Numbered from the stretch's first letter, positions 10,359 to 20,620 are shown. The stretch is DNA of 64,000 nt from Anaerohalosphaeraceae bacterium (GCA_963675525.2 CAXXSL010000016.1:256001-320000), one strand, 5' to 3'. The notes: a model not told the origin generated them from the sequence alone. Numbers and translations: made by a program.

Positions 10359-11027
10359 TTATTGAGGCCAGTTAACTCGGACCAAGGTCGCCATTTTAAC
10401 ATCCATCGTTTCTTTCTTGTCGTTGACTAACTTCAGATTCAGGCTGACACATCCGTTACCGACTCCGCCGATCATTTCATGGCTGAAAATATCGATGCTC
10501 TCACTCGTATCAACCTGCTGAACCAGACACTGTGTCACGACATTGCTTGTTTGGCGAATACCACTTTTGACGCCCGCAACTCCATCGACAACGTCCCCGT
10601 AATCCACATAAAGTTTTTTATTATCATCGAGATAGAATAACGCGTAGTTTGTTCCCGTATCGGCGATGTCCATTTCATCCATATTCTGACTTAATTCGTA
10701 AAAAGGCTTATCCCAATAACGAAATTCGACGGCTTGTCCGGTTGCAATGGTTTCTCCCGATTTCGGCACGGCTTCAACAAAATACCCTCCGGCTACTTCG
10801 TAAAGCTTATAATTGGTCCGATTGGATTTGCGGCCAACCGCCCCGAATGCCGCAGTCAATGCCTTTGAATCCTGCCGCATGGGGTCATGAACCGAGGCGT
10901 AAACCTGGCGGTAAGCATTTGTACCACCAAATAAAAGAACGCCCGCGGCCAGTACAAGTATCGCGGCCGTGGCCATCGCCATCACCAATTCGATCAACGA
11001 CAATCCTTTTTGATTTTTGTTTTTCAT
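10359..11027 (-). CDS. Minor pilin (PilW/GspJ-like)
   Basis: KG|LSLIELVMAM prepilin cleavage/methylation motif. Confidence 0.75.
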   Translation of the reverse strand: MKNKNQKGLSLIELVMAMATAAILVLAAGVLLFGGTNAYRQVYASVHDPMRQDSKALTAAFGAVGRKSNRTNYKLYEVAGGYFVEAVPKSGETIATGQAVEFRYWDKPFYELSQNMDEMDIADTGTNYALFYLDDNKKLYVDYGDVVDGVAGVKSGIRQTSNVVTQCLVQQVDTSESIDIFSHEMIGGVGNGCVSLNLKLVNDKKETMDVKMATLVRVNWPQ

Positions 11028-11031
11028 CTGA

Positions 11032-11490
11032 TTAGCCTCCCGATTGATCCCGTCTGACATAGGTATAAAATGTGCTGCCGGGATCGGAGCTTTCCGGGGT
11101 TTCCTGTTGATAATCTGATCGCCATTGCACAAAAACACTTAATTCCCGAAGTGTGACCCCGGTGGTGACACTGGTATCGATATCGCGGGATAACAAACTC
11201 AGATAGAACGGTATATCGTCAACCGTGGCCAAGTATTTGTTATTTTCCGTTGTCAGCTTAATAATGCCAAGGTTCAGTTTTGCCGGATCATACGCATCGC
11301 TACCGCCAAGACTTTTCCAGTTCTCAAGAAGCAGCAATCCAATCCGTGCTGCGGCCATTTTTGTGTTGCCGACTTTTGCCTGCTGGACGGCATGAAACTG
11401 GTAGCTGATGGCGCCAAGCGAAACGATTGCCAAAACAGCAATTGTAATGACTACTTCAATCAGTGTATAAGCTGATTTATGTTTAACCAT
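11032..11490 (-). CDS. Minor pilin (PilV/GspI-like)
   Basis: SA|YTLIEVVITIAVL prepilin motif; short protein. Confidence 0.7.
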   Translation of the reverse strand: MVKHKSAYTLIEVVITIAVLAIVSLGAISYQFHAVQQAKVGNTKMAAARIGLLLLENWKSLGGSDAYDPAKLNLGIIKLTTENNKYLATVDDIPFYLSLLSRDIDTSVTTGVTLRELSVFVQWRSDYQQETPESSDPGSTFYTYVRRDQSGG

Positions 11491-11554
11491 TTTTCTGCTT
11501 TCCCATTTAATCATACATCCATCAAATCGGAATGATGCCCGGCGAAAATCATAG

Positions 11555-11590
11555 AAAGCGGGGATGGCTGTCATCCAACCTTCCCCGCTT
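11555..11590 (-). terminator. Stem-loop downstream of the major pilin gene (terminator or mRNA stabiliser)
   Basis: AAGCGGGGA...TCCCCGCTT inverted repeat between the major pilin and minor pilin genes. Confidence 0.5.
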
Positions 11591-11631
11591 CCTGATCCGC
11601 TCGAGCATCTAATGTCTTTAATTGTCAATGC

Positions 11632-12015
11632 TTACTGCTTTGTCCAGGTACCGTCCTGGCCCAGCACATACGTCCCGGTCGGCGCATTGGTCTGGCTACC
11701 GGTAACACTGACAGCCACTTTGCCTGTCGTTGTGCTTGCGCTGCTGAGCGTAAAGTCACCCGCCACAAAGTACGTGCCCGTCAGGTCGCCGGAATTGAAT
11801 CCCAGGTCCGTCATGGAAACGCCTGTAGAAATGGTACCATGCTCGGCAAAGTACACGCGACCGGCCGACTGGATGGTTCCGGCCATAGCATTCGCTTCGG
11901 CCCATTTCGCTGAATCAATGCGACCCCGCATCAGCGGAATCGAGGCAGCTGCCAAGATACCCACGATGAGGATGACGACCATCAGCTCAATCAAAGTAAA
12001 ACCTTTTTTCTTCAT
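11632..12015 (-). CDS. pilA: Major type IV pilin-like protein
   Basis: [31 protein letters not shown]; about 127 aa. Confidence 0.85.
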   Translation of the reverse strand: MKKKGFTLIELMVVILIVGILAAASIPLMRGRIDSAKWAEANAMAGTIQSAGRVYFAEHGTISTGVSMTDLGFNSGDLTGTYFVAGDFTLSSASTTTGKVAVSVTGSQTNAPTGTYVLGQDGTWTKQ

Positions 12016-12139
12016 TTTACAATCTCCCAAAAAATTAAATGGTTTTTCAAATACAGTACCTAATTCCATTGTTTATTTCGTATAACCACTATTGCGACTT
12101 AACAAAAAATATGTCTTTTCATCTGTTTTTTGATTGCGA

Positions 12140-13345
12140 TTACCCCGGCGTCATGGAGAAAATCGGCAGATACATCGCCAAAATAACGACCAGCACGATG
12201 GCTCCGACCACAACAATCAAAAACGGTTCCAGCATTCCCAGCATCATGGAAACCAGTCCATCGACCTTTTTTTCGTAATATTCGCTGGTTTTATCCATTA
12301 CAGAAGACAGTGAGCCGCTGTTTTCGCCGATTTGGGCCATCTTGATCGAAACACCCGGGAAAAACCCGATGGTTTCCATGCTCTGTGAAACACTCATGCC
12401 TTCCACCATTTTTTCACGCGTCTTGAGAACGCCCTCCCGCAAGACATCGTTATCGGTCATTCCCGATAGAATACCAAACGCATCCAGCACCGGAACACCC
12501 GACGAGATCAGCGTTGCCAGCGTCCGGCAAAACATTGCTACAAACGCCATCAAAATGATTTTTCCGAGAATCGGAACCGACAGAATAAATTTGGAAACCT
12601 TCTGATGGCCTGTCGTTGTTTTGGAATAAAACACCAAGCTCACCACCGCGGTCAATCCGCCAATCAAAATAAAGGGAGCATTCTTCATGATCACATTATA
12701 GATCGCCATAAAGCCCTGGGTAAACGCGGGAAGTTCTCCGTTGAATTCTTCAAACATCGTCGTAAAACGAGGGATAATAAACGTCATCAGAACAATAACA
12801 ATTAAAACAATAAAGACAATCACGAAGGCCGGATAAGCCATTGCGCCGCGCACTTTTCGAATCAGTTTATCCCGGTTCTCATAGTGTTCCGCCAGACGCT
12901 CGAGGGTTTTTGTCAGAGAACCGCCTGTTTCGCCGGCCATGATCATCGCACTGCTGAGTTTGCTGAATACTTTGGGGTATTCTTCAAAACAATCGGCCAG
13001 GGTCAATCCTTTGCCGAGCTTTGCGGCAACTTCTTTCAGCACAAATTCAAAATAGGGATTGGGGATTTCATCAGCAATCGTATCAATCGCCGTGGTAATC
13101 GGAAGACCGCCGGACAACATTGTGCTCAACTGCCAGCAAAATGTCGCCAGATCGGCAGATTTGACACGCTTGTAACTGATCGTCGTGCTTTTTTCCTGTT
13201 GAGCCGTCTGGATTTCCTGAATCGAAACCGGCGTCAACCTTTCTTCTCTGAGAAACATCAGAACCTCTTCCTGAGAAGATGCCTGCTTGATGCTTTCTAC
13301 ACAGTTGCCTGACTGATCCCATGCTGTATATTCAAACGTACTCAT
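12140..13345 (-). CDS. pilC: Inner membrane platform protein PilC/GspF
   Basis: AGETGGSL, AMAYPAFV, IGENSGSL, LEPFLIVVVG, MYLPIF. Confidence 0.92.
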   Translation of the reverse strand: MSTFEYTAWDQSGNCVESIKQASSQEEVLMFLREERLTPVSIQEIQTAQQEKSTTISYKRVKSADLATFCWQLSTMLSGGLPITTAIDTIADEIPNPYFEFVLKEVAAKLGKGLTLADCFEEYPKVFSKLSSAMIMAGETGGSLTKTLERLAEHYENRDKLIRKVRGAMAYPAFVIVFIVLIVIVLMTFIIPRFTTMFEEFNGELPAFTQGFMAIYNVIMKNAPFILIGGLTAVVSLVFYSKTTTGHQKVSKFILSVPILGKIILMAFVAMFCRTLATLISSGVPVLDAFGILSGMTDNDVLREGVLKTREKMVEGMSVSQSMETIGFFPGVSIKMAQIGENSGSLSSVMDKTSEYYEKKVDGLVSMMLGMLEPFLIVVVGAIVLVVILAMYLPIFSMTPG

Positions 13346-13685
13346 CTTGACCCTTAAAATTTTTCATCTAAATTCTTCCACTTTGAGTTTCGGTTTTTTT
13401 GATGAGAGGATTGACAAATTTGCCCGCTGTTTTTAAGAAAATCTTGAGGTACAGCATGGTCTCATAATAACAAACCACAAAGCAACCAAATCAAAAAACA
13501 AACGTCCCATTCCTTATTCTGAACAGAAACCGCGTCAAATACCTTTCTGTCTTTTCGGCTTTGCTCGCTCATCGTCCGATAATTCCCCACAGTCAAATGG
13601 GCCGAAATGGCGGCTTACTTGCAATTCACTGCCAAATACGGTATAATACGATTGCAGTTAAATGGGTGAGGAATGAAAGAAAAGC

Positions 13686-14099
13686 GTGATGGAAAGAAAA
13701 AAAACAATTTGTGAATATTGTGATCGTGAAATAGGTAAGCATCAAAAGCCTCGTCTGGACGGTCGCCATCTCGTCTGTCCGACATGCAACAAGATTCTGA
13801 TGGACAGCCAAATAGTAATCCGCCCTATCATCGTTAAGGACGCAACCTATCCCTGGCTGCGTATCCCTTCGGTTTTGCTGGGAAGCATCGGCCTATTGGG
13901 TATTCTGCCGGTAAAATTCCAAGCGGCAGCGTCCATGCTGTCTTTCTTTCGCATGCCGTCGGTTGGAATGTGTTGTCTGATCGTGGCGGGATCCGCAACA
14001 TTGTTCGTTCTGTCAATCACCGTTGTTAAAGAAACGAAAAAAACGGATGTTGTTCAGGCCGTCCCGGAGCATCTGCATGAGAGTTGGCGAAGCCAATAG
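13686..14099 (+). CDS. Hypothetical membrane protein with N-terminal CxxC...CxxC zinc ribbon
   Basis: CEYC...CPTC followed by two hydrophobic helices; fills the pilB-pilC gap. Confidence 0.55.
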   Translation: MMERKKTICEYCDREIGKHQKPRLDGRHLVCPTCNKILMDSQIVIRPIIVKDATYPWLRIPSVLLGSIGLLGILPVKFQAAASMLSFFRMPSVGMCCLIVAGSATLFVLSITVVKETKKTDVVQAVPEHLHESWRSQ

Positions 14100-14118
14100 C
14101 ATTTAACGATTGCGGTTT

Positions 14119-15888
14119 CTATGAAGCCAGATTCTCGGCATACGTTACACGGAGAATCTCTTCCGCCGTCGTAAGACCGTTCAGGACGCGCGAGGCACCG
14201 CTTTTCAGCAAATCCCCGTATCCCATACTCCGGGCAATGCTGCGGATTTCGACTTCCTTGGCGCCGGTCGCCAGAGCCTCTCGTATTTGCTGATCCATCG
14301 GCAGAAACTCAAAAATAGGCAGTCGTCCCCGATAGCCGGTATTGCCGCAATCGGAACATCCCTTGCCATGGTAAAATTGGGTCCCGGCTATTTGCTCGTC
14401 CGTCAAATTCAGTCGCCGGAGCAATTCAGCCGGCACATCGACAGGCTCCCTGCATTTATCACAAATCCGACGCACTAAACGCTGTGCGAGGATCATGTTC
14501 AGTGATGACGCCAGCAGGTAAGGTTCCAGGCCCATATAGATCAGACGGCTTAGGGCACTCGGTGCATCATTGGTATGGAAGGTGCTGAGAACCAGGTGAC
14601 CTGTTAATGAGGCCTTAATGGCAATTTCCATGGTTTCCTTGTCACGAATTTCGCCAATCAGAATAATATCCGGGTCCTGACGCAGGATTGAACGCAGGCA
14701 GGCAGCAAAAGTTAAACCAATGTCCGGCTTGACGTGTGTTTGGTTAATACCGGCCAGCCGATATTCAACCGGATCCTCAACCGTCGTAATATTTTTATTC
14801 GGATCGCGCAGTTCGTTCAGCGCGGAATAGAGCGTTGTGCTCTTCCCGCTACCGGTCGGACCGGTCACAATAATAATCCCATGCGGTTGATTCAATGTTG
14901 ACTTAAACTGGTTCAAAAGACCGGGTTCCAGACCCAGGCTGTTCAGATCGTGATTGACCGCTGTCTTATCCAAAATACGCATCACGATCTTTTCGCCGTA
15001 AATCGTGGGAAGCGAAGAAACGCGAACATCAATATCTTCTTTGCCCTGACCCCGTTTGATTTTAAAACGACCATCCTGCGGCAGCCGCCGTTCGGCAATA
15101 TCCATCTCAGAAAGAATTTTGATGCGGGCAAGAACGGCGGCATGCATTTTACGCGGAGGCGGCACCATCTCCATCAACAAACCATCCACGCGCATCCGGA
15201 TATTCATGGATCTTTCCTGCGGCTCAATATGAATATCACTGGCACGGCTCTTGATCGCCTGGCTAAGCATCAAATCCACAAACCGGATGACCGGCGCATC
15301 ATCGGCATCAACCGAGTCTGAAAGCCCCGCTTCAAGCGACTGCTCCAGCAAATCGTCGGCGTCATTGCTGATCTCAAACTCAACCAGATCGCGTATTTTC
15401 TGCTCTTCAACATCCGTTCCGTGATAAACATATTCAATCGCACGCTGTATTTCAGTTTCGGACGCCAGAACTGTTTTGATCGATTTTTTCAGTTTGACTG
15501 AAACCGTATCGATCGCAATCACATTCAGGGGATCGGACATGGCAACCGTCACACGGTCATCTTCCTGCCCGACCGCCAGCACATTAAACCGTTTGGCAAT
15601 ATTTTCCGGCACGGTCCGTGCGATATTCTTGTCAATGACGGATAATTCTTCCAGCGAAAAAGATTCCATTCCCAGATATTCAGCCAGCAGTTGGATCAAC
15701 ATCGTATCATCCAGCGACTTATTCTGGACCAGAACATGTCCCAACCGGCCGCCATCGGCCTGTTGTTTATCCAGCGCCTTCTGGAGTTGATCGGCGTTGA
15801 TACGGCCTTTCTGGATCAGCCAATCGCCAAAAAGACAATTGTCTTTAATGGCAACCTGTGAACTATATTGTGCGTTTTGGTTTATCAT
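14119..15888 (-). CDS. pilB: Pilus/T2SS assembly ATPase PilB/GspE
   Basis: ASDIHIEP, RRLPQDGR, GPTGSGKSTT, LRQDPDIILIGEIRD, TGHLVLSTFHTND, Zn tetracysteine; MshEN-like N-terminus. Confidence 0.95.
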   Translation of the reverse strand: MINQNAQYSSQVAIKDNCLFGDWLIQKGRINADQLQKALDKQQADGGRLGHVLVQNKSLDDTMLIQLLAEYLGMESFSLEELSVIDKNIARTVPENIAKRFNVLAVGQEDDRVTVAMSDPLNVIAIDTVSVKLKKSIKTVLASETEIQRAIEYVYHGTDVEEQKIRDLVEFEISNDADDLLEQSLEAGLSDSVDADDAPVIRFVDLMLSQAIKSRASDIHIEPQERSMNIRMRVDGLLMEMVPPPRKMHAAVLARIKILSEMDIAERRLPQDGRFKIKRGQGKEDIDVRVSSLPTIYGEKIVMRILDKTAVNHDLNSLGLEPGLLNQFKSTLNQPHGIIIVTGPTGSGKSTTLYSALNELRDPNKNITTVEDPVEYRLAGINQTHVKPDIGLTFAACLRSILRQDPDIILIGEIRDKETMEIAIKASLTGHLVLSTFHTNDAPSALSRLIYMGLEPYLLASSLNMILAQRLVRRICDKCREPVDVPAELLRRLNLTDEQIAGTQFYHGKGCSDCGNTGYRGRLPIFEFLPMDQQIREALATGAKEVEIRSIARSMGYGDLLKSGASRVLNGLTTAEEILRVTYAENLAS

Positions 15889-15909
15889 AATAAGAGTACA
15901 TTCGGCGCC

Positions 15910-17202
15910 TTAATTACCATACTCGAAAGTAACCACTTCTTCTGTTTCCTTTTGTGTCTGATTTTCAGGTGATATCGTCCGGTTATTAAAAACAAACTTC
16001 TGGATTGTTTCAGAGAGTTTATGGCTGTCTACCGGCTTAGTCAGAAAATCGTCAAAAAGAGATGCGATTTGAATGTTTTCCTTCTCATTGAGTACTTTTG
16101 CAGACAGCGCGACAACCGGTGTATCGGGCTTTGCTTCCTGAATTTTCCGGGTTGCTTCATATCCGTCCATACGCGGCATTTTCAGATCCATCAAAATCAG
16201 ATCGTAGTCTTTTTCGAGGGCTTTTTCAACTCCCTCCTGTCCGTCTTCGGCTGTATCAACCGATACACCCAGTACTTCAAGCATCAGGCTAATGACTGTT
16301 CGGTTGGACTGCTGGTCCTCCACCAGCAAAATAAGAGGCGTCTTGGCGGCTTCATTGGGGACAATCGGTTCGGACTGCGTTTCCTGTGAACACAGTCCGA
16401 GTCTGGGAGCACACTGGTCTTCGATCCCCGTCGGCAAAATAATCGAAAATACGGACCCGACATTAAGTTCACTGGTGACCTCAATGTGACCGCCCAGCAG
16501 TACAACCAACTGTTTGGTCAAGGGCAATCCCGCCGCAACAGAAAATCCCATATCGAGCATGGTCAACACTTCATCCTGCGCGTCTTCCTGCCGCACCACA
16601 GGTTCAAAAACGCCGTCGATCTTCTCGGGACTAATCCCGATACCGCTGTCAATAACGTCAAATCTGACACACGGTTTACCGTCCAGATAGTAAGACAGAA
16701 TACGGATTCGAACATTACCTTCTTTGGTGTACTTGAAAGCATTGGCCACCAGATTAACCAGACATTTCGACAACCGGTCTTCATCCGTCAAGATCTGAGC
16801 GGGTAAATCCGGATCGATCTCAACATCATACCCCAACCCTTTGTCGGAAGCCGCAGAAGAAAGAATGCCTTCGAGCTCTTTGATGATTGCCGCAAGATCA
16901 CACTTTTTTTTGCTGATCTGCAGTCGGGCCGACTCCAGTCTGGCCCAGTCCAGAACTTCATTGACCAGTGCAGACAGTCCGTTTCCGGCCTGGTTGATTT
17001 CGCCGACATATTCCCGCAGTTCATCGGTAAGCTGTTCGGAAAGAAGAAGATCGCTAAAGCCGATCACCGCATTGGACAACGTGCGAATCTGATAGGCCAT
17101 ATTATCAATCAAACGTCCCTTGGCTTGAAGGGATGCTTCGTTTTTTTGGATCAGCTTTTGGAGTTCTTCGGTTGAACGAAAATCAGTTTCATCTTTGTTC
17201 AT
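15910..17202 (-). CDS. Cytoplasmic hybrid histidine kinase-receiver protein with degenerate H-box
   Basis: HisKA-like NMAYQIRT, HATPase (NLVANAFKYT, DSGIGI), REC domain (VEDQ, LMDLKMP, TKP). Confidence 0.8.
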   Translation of the reverse strand: MNKDETDFRSTEELQKLIQKNEASLQAKGRLIDNMAYQIRTLSNAVIGFSDLLLSEQLTDELREYVGEINQAGNGLSALVNEVLDWARLESARLQISKKKCDLAAIIKELEGILSSAASDKGLGYDVEIDPDLPAQILTDEDRLSKCLVNLVANAFKYTKEGNVRIRILSYYLDGKPCVRFDVIDSGIGISPEKIDGVFEPVVRQEDAQDEVLTMLDMGFSVAAGLPLTKQLVVLLGGHIEVTSELNVGSVFSIILPTGIEDQCAPRLGLCSQETQSEPIVPNEAAKTPLILLVEDQQSNRTVISLMLEVLGVSVDTAEDGQEGVEKALEKDYDLILMDLKMPRMDGYEATRKIQEAKPDTPVVALSAKVLNEKENIQIASLFDDFLTKPVDSHKLSETIQKFVFNNRTISPENQTQKETEEVVTFEYGN

Positions 17203-17447
17203 TATTCTGTTCCTTTTCAGCTTACCTTTCTTTGTTTATTTTTAGCTTTTGTCCGGTATTCAGACAAAAAGGCACCTTTCTGCTTCGGTTGATTCAAGGG
17301 AGTAATTAATGAAAAAAACTCGGATAATTCACAATTTGATAAAAAGAAAAGAGTTATCGGACTTTTTTGGAAAAGATTGAACTCCGGCAATAGAGTCGTT
17401 ATACTCTCTTTGTTACTCAGCCATCTTAATATCTGGAAAGGATAGTC

Positions 17448-17861
17448 ATGATTAAAGCGATCGCTCATATTTGTATTTCAACGCGGGATTTGGATAAAAC
17501 TGAGACGTTTTATTGCTCCTGTTTGGGACTGGTAAAGAAATTTGATTTCATCAAAGACGGCAACGTCGCCGGTTTCTATCTTCGGATCAATGACGTTAAC
17601 TTTATTGAGGTTTTTCAGACGGAGGGTCCTTCATCCGACCAGGAGTCGCCGATCAAGCACTTTTGCCTGGAAGTCGATGATATCGACAAGACCATAGAAG
17701 CTGTCAGGAAATGCGGTGTTGAGATTGCCAACAAGAAAATGGGCTGTGACAACTCATGGCAGGCCTGGTTGACCGACCCTAATGGGATTAAAATAGAACT
17801 CCATCAATATACAGATAACAGTTGTCAGGTCACCGGCGGTGATTGTGAGATAAATTTTTAA
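17448..17861 (+). CDS. VOC/glyoxalase family protein
   Basis: IAHICI, IEVF, HFCLEVDDI, LTDPNGIKIELHQ. Confidence 0.85.
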   Translation: MIKAIAHICISTRDLDKTETFYCSCLGLVKKFDFIKDGNVAGFYLRINDVNFIEVFQTEGPSSDQESPIKHFCLEVDDIDKTIEAVRKCGVEIANKKMGCDNSWQAWLTDPNGIKIELHQYTDNSCQVTGGDCEINF

Positions 17862-17865
17862 AGAG

Positions 17866-17900
17866 ATGGCTGTAGATGATATGGCACCATCTACAGCCAT
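17866..17900. terminator. Hairpin between convergent genes
   Basis: ATGGCTGTAGATG...CATCTACAGCCAT 13-bp inverted repeat. Confidence 0.55.
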
Positions 17901-18102
17901 TGTACAATTTATTTCTCCTGTTTTCCTCTTTCCATTACCTTCCTCGTACTCCTAAATACCAAGTATTAGGATACTTAATTAGTCCTATAATGTCAAGTGT
18001 TAATCTGGAAAAACTCATTATTGGCTAATCACTATCTATCCACTTTTGAGGCAAGACTCGACAGGTGTTGGATACGTTGATGCAGGAGTCGTTATGACAT
18101 CC

Positions 18103-18666
18103 TTAAATAGCATCTCTTTCTTTATGCTCTTTTATCAAAGAATCTAAGAGAATCAATACCTCTTCATAGGTTTGCGGCTTGGCCATAACCATTTCATAGA
18201 TATAATCGGCCGTCAGTATCTGTTTTTTTCCGGCTGTTCCATTATTATGTATTTCTCGAATTCCCCGATTCCATATTTCTTCGAATCGTTTTGCATAACT
18301 TTCCTTTATGCCTCTGCCCAGATCCTGAACCGTTGTCCAGTCTAAGATCGCCTGTTCATAATCAAATCTTCGTTTATGTTTTTTTCCAAGGTCCCAAATG
18401 TAATTTTTCACGACCCCCATTTGCATCGCTGTACGGTCATCACAAAAAGCCCTCATTGCCGCATATTTCATATGACAGACCTCATCATAGTTTCTGCCGC
18501 AGATCTGTTCTATGGTTATCCGATGGACATGGCTTTCGGGGATTTCAAGGTCCAAAACCTTCGTCTTTCTTTGTTCCGGCTTCAGAATGTCCTCGAAAAT
18601 GCAATGCTCGCAGACAATGCACCGTGTAATTAAATCTTCAGAAGATCCCTCTAATTTTACCTTCAT
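18103..18666 (-). CDS. Hypothetical protein
   Basis: 187-aa ORF with AGGTGA RBS-like site and protein-like composition; no recognised motif. Confidence 0.6.
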   Translation of the reverse strand: MKVKLEGSSEDLITRCIVCEHCIFEDILKPEQRKTKVLDLEIPESHVHRITIEQICGRNYDEVCHMKYAAMRAFCDDRTAMQMGVVKNYIWDLGKKHKRRFDYEQAILDWTTVQDLGRGIKESYAKRFEEIWNRGIREIHNNGTAGKKQILTADYIYEMVMAKPQTYEEVLILLDSLIKEHKERDAI

Positions 18667-19132
18667 TTCATCACCTGTATTTTATTTTCACCAATTTTTC
18701 ACGAGATATACTTTTATATCCCGCCACATCTTTTTGTGTCAAACGTCATGAGACCATAGCCGACCTATTCTCTCTGTATTGAGTTTGCCGGAGCATAGGT
18801 CCCGGTGGCAATTATAATCCATTCGTTAACTACGTCAAGCAGGCACTTATCGCTTTAACTTTTTCTGTGATATTAATGCTGATAATGAAGTATTTTTAGC
18901 TGTCCCATTCCTTGGCTCATTGTGAACCAATATTATAGGGCAAAGTGAGTCGCTAACATATTTCTTGAAATGTATTTCACTTGGGATTGTGTATCAGAAC
19001 GTATCATATACCAAACATATTTTCCACGTGCAAATTGACAAATGGCGACATTGCCACCTGCAAATTGTTCTAAATAAAATAATATATCAAAGGATACGAG
19101 CTTCTGAATTGCCTGAGGCAGTTCAAAAAAAC

Positions 19133-19306
19133 CTACTCGGTTGAGCGAATCTCAAGGACTTTACTTCTGATAGTACTGGCAACTGTTTTAATCTGCTGCA
19201 TTTGTTTTCTAACTCTCGTCCCTGCCGCCTTGTTTCCAGTTCCGGCTTTATTGAGGTCATCTTCAATCTCAGAAACCAGTGTTTTGAGGTCTTCGTATTC
19301 TTTCAT
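19133..19306 (-). CDS. Histone H1-like protein Hc1 family (57 aa; below ORF-track cutoff)
   Basis: MKEYEDLKTLVSEIEDDLNKAGTGNKAAGTRVRKQMQQIKTVASTIRSKVLEIRSTE; GNKAAGTRxRK signature; AAAGGA RBS. Confidence 0.8.
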   Translation of the reverse strand: MKEYEDLKTLVSEIEDDLNKAGTGNKAAGTRVRKQMQQIKTVASTIRSKVLEIRSTE

Positions 19307-19394
19307 TTTTATCCTTTAAAAGTATGTTAACTATCATTCCGAAGGAAGCGTACCAGCAGGAATGGGCATTGTCAAAGCAAAACTTGTCATCCCT

Positions 19395-20180
19395 CTATAA
19401 AAACACGACTTCCCCTGCATCTCTCAACGGAGCTGCCTTCAGTTCAAAATCCATCTTGACCCCCGCATCCCTGAAAGAATCCTGAGTTTCCTTGATTGCA
19501 ATCTTTGGTTCATTTCTCTGACTACTCAGATGCCCCAGCATGATCATCTGGGGAGCTTTCTTGCTCTCCTTCCTGATATTCAATATCAGCTCTGCCGTAT
19601 CGGGATTGGGCATATGAAATCGACTATTGGGATTGAAATATTTCCTCAATAACTCCAGATCATGATTCGATTCGACAAAAATAAAATCTGCATCGATAAA
19701 GTGATCAAAAACAGATTCCCAATCCAGGAAATCCGTCACAATAATAATTTTCTTGTCCTGACAATGAATCTGGTATCCATAGGTAGGATAAGAGGGATTA
19801 TGCATCACTTCAAAAGGCTTAATACAAAAATCCCCTACCGTGAATTTCTTGTTTTTGTAAGTCAATATATTCAGATTCTTAAATCCATAACTATTGAAAT
19901 GCTTTTCCTTTAGCTGGCCCATAGAATCATCATGAAGACGGATCGTAAGCCCATAGTCCTCAAGGACTCTGAGTGGATAGTAGGAAATATGATCTCCATG
20001 CATATGAGTTAAAAGAACGGAGTCTATTTGAGCAGGATCATTAAAGAGGGTTGTTAAGGCATGCCGTGTTCTCTTCATAGAGGACAGTCCGCAGTCAATG
20101 ACCAGTTTGGTCGTATCCGACCATAGGGCAAGGCAATTGCCGGAACTGCTGCTGCAAATAGATTGAAAATAGATGGACAT
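19395..20180 (-). CDS. Metallo-beta-lactamase fold hydrolase (YycJ/WalJ-like)
   Basis: SSSSGNC, IDCG, THMHGDH, ESNHD, LGHLSSQRN. Confidence 0.85.
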   Translation of the reverse strand: MSIYFQSICSSSSGNCLALWSDTTKLVIDCGLSSMKRTRHALTTLFNDPAQIDSVLLTHMHGDHISYYPLRVLEDYGLTIRLHDDSMGQLKEKHFNSYGFKNLNILTYKNKKFTVGDFCIKPFEVMHNPSYPTYGYQIHCQDKKIIIVTDFLDWESVFDHFIDADFIFVESNHDLELLRKYFNPNSRFHMPNPDTAELILNIRKESKKAPQMIMLGHLSSQRNEPKIAIKETQDSFRDAGVKMDFELKAAPLRDAGEVVFL

Positions 20181-20277
20181 GTTTCGCTTTCTAAACAGTC
20201 TTTTTTCACGTTTTAGAATTGTATCATATTTTTTCATTTTTCCCAGAATATTCTTCAGATCACGTTGATAAGCTAAA

Positions 20278-20523
20278 GTGAATATCTTATATTTGAGTAT
20301 AGTATGTAGTGAAGCAGGAATTAAAACCTCAGACAAATTATGTCTGCACTGCCTCAGGAAGAGTTGGGCTTGTAATCTGGCTGAGAATGGCATTGCTCCT
20401 AAAACCCTCTGTGAACTCGGAGGATGGTCGAACCCATCGACTTTGCATGAGTATTATACTAGGGTCAGTGATGCCAACAGAGAGAAGGCAAGGCAGGTGT
20501 TGGATGAGTTGATGGGGGAGTGA
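20278..20523 (+). pseudogene. Tyrosine recombinase/integrase C-terminal remnant
   Basis: LHCLRKSWA (HxxR), LGGWS, TLHEYYT (catalytic Tyr); N-terminal domains missing. Confidence 0.8.
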
Positions 20524-20564
20524 GGAGAATATTACTTGCTTGACTGGCGACTGAGCGGTAGAAT
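20503..20564 (+). repeat. Integrase-end plus promoter repeat, copy 1
   Basis: GATGAGTTGATGGGG..TGA.GAGA....CTTG.TTGACTGG....GGTAGAAT; second copy at 22003-22060. Confidence 0.7.
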
Positions 20565-20620
20565 CGTAAGGTGTAGAATATCATCTTATAAAAAGTATAA
20601 TGTGCATAAAAGGAGTGATA

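Noticed and set aside
20181..20393. N-terminal extension of the MBL ORF in the ORF track
   Set aside because: Overlaps the integrase remnant on the other strand; family motifs start at MSIYFQSI (20180)
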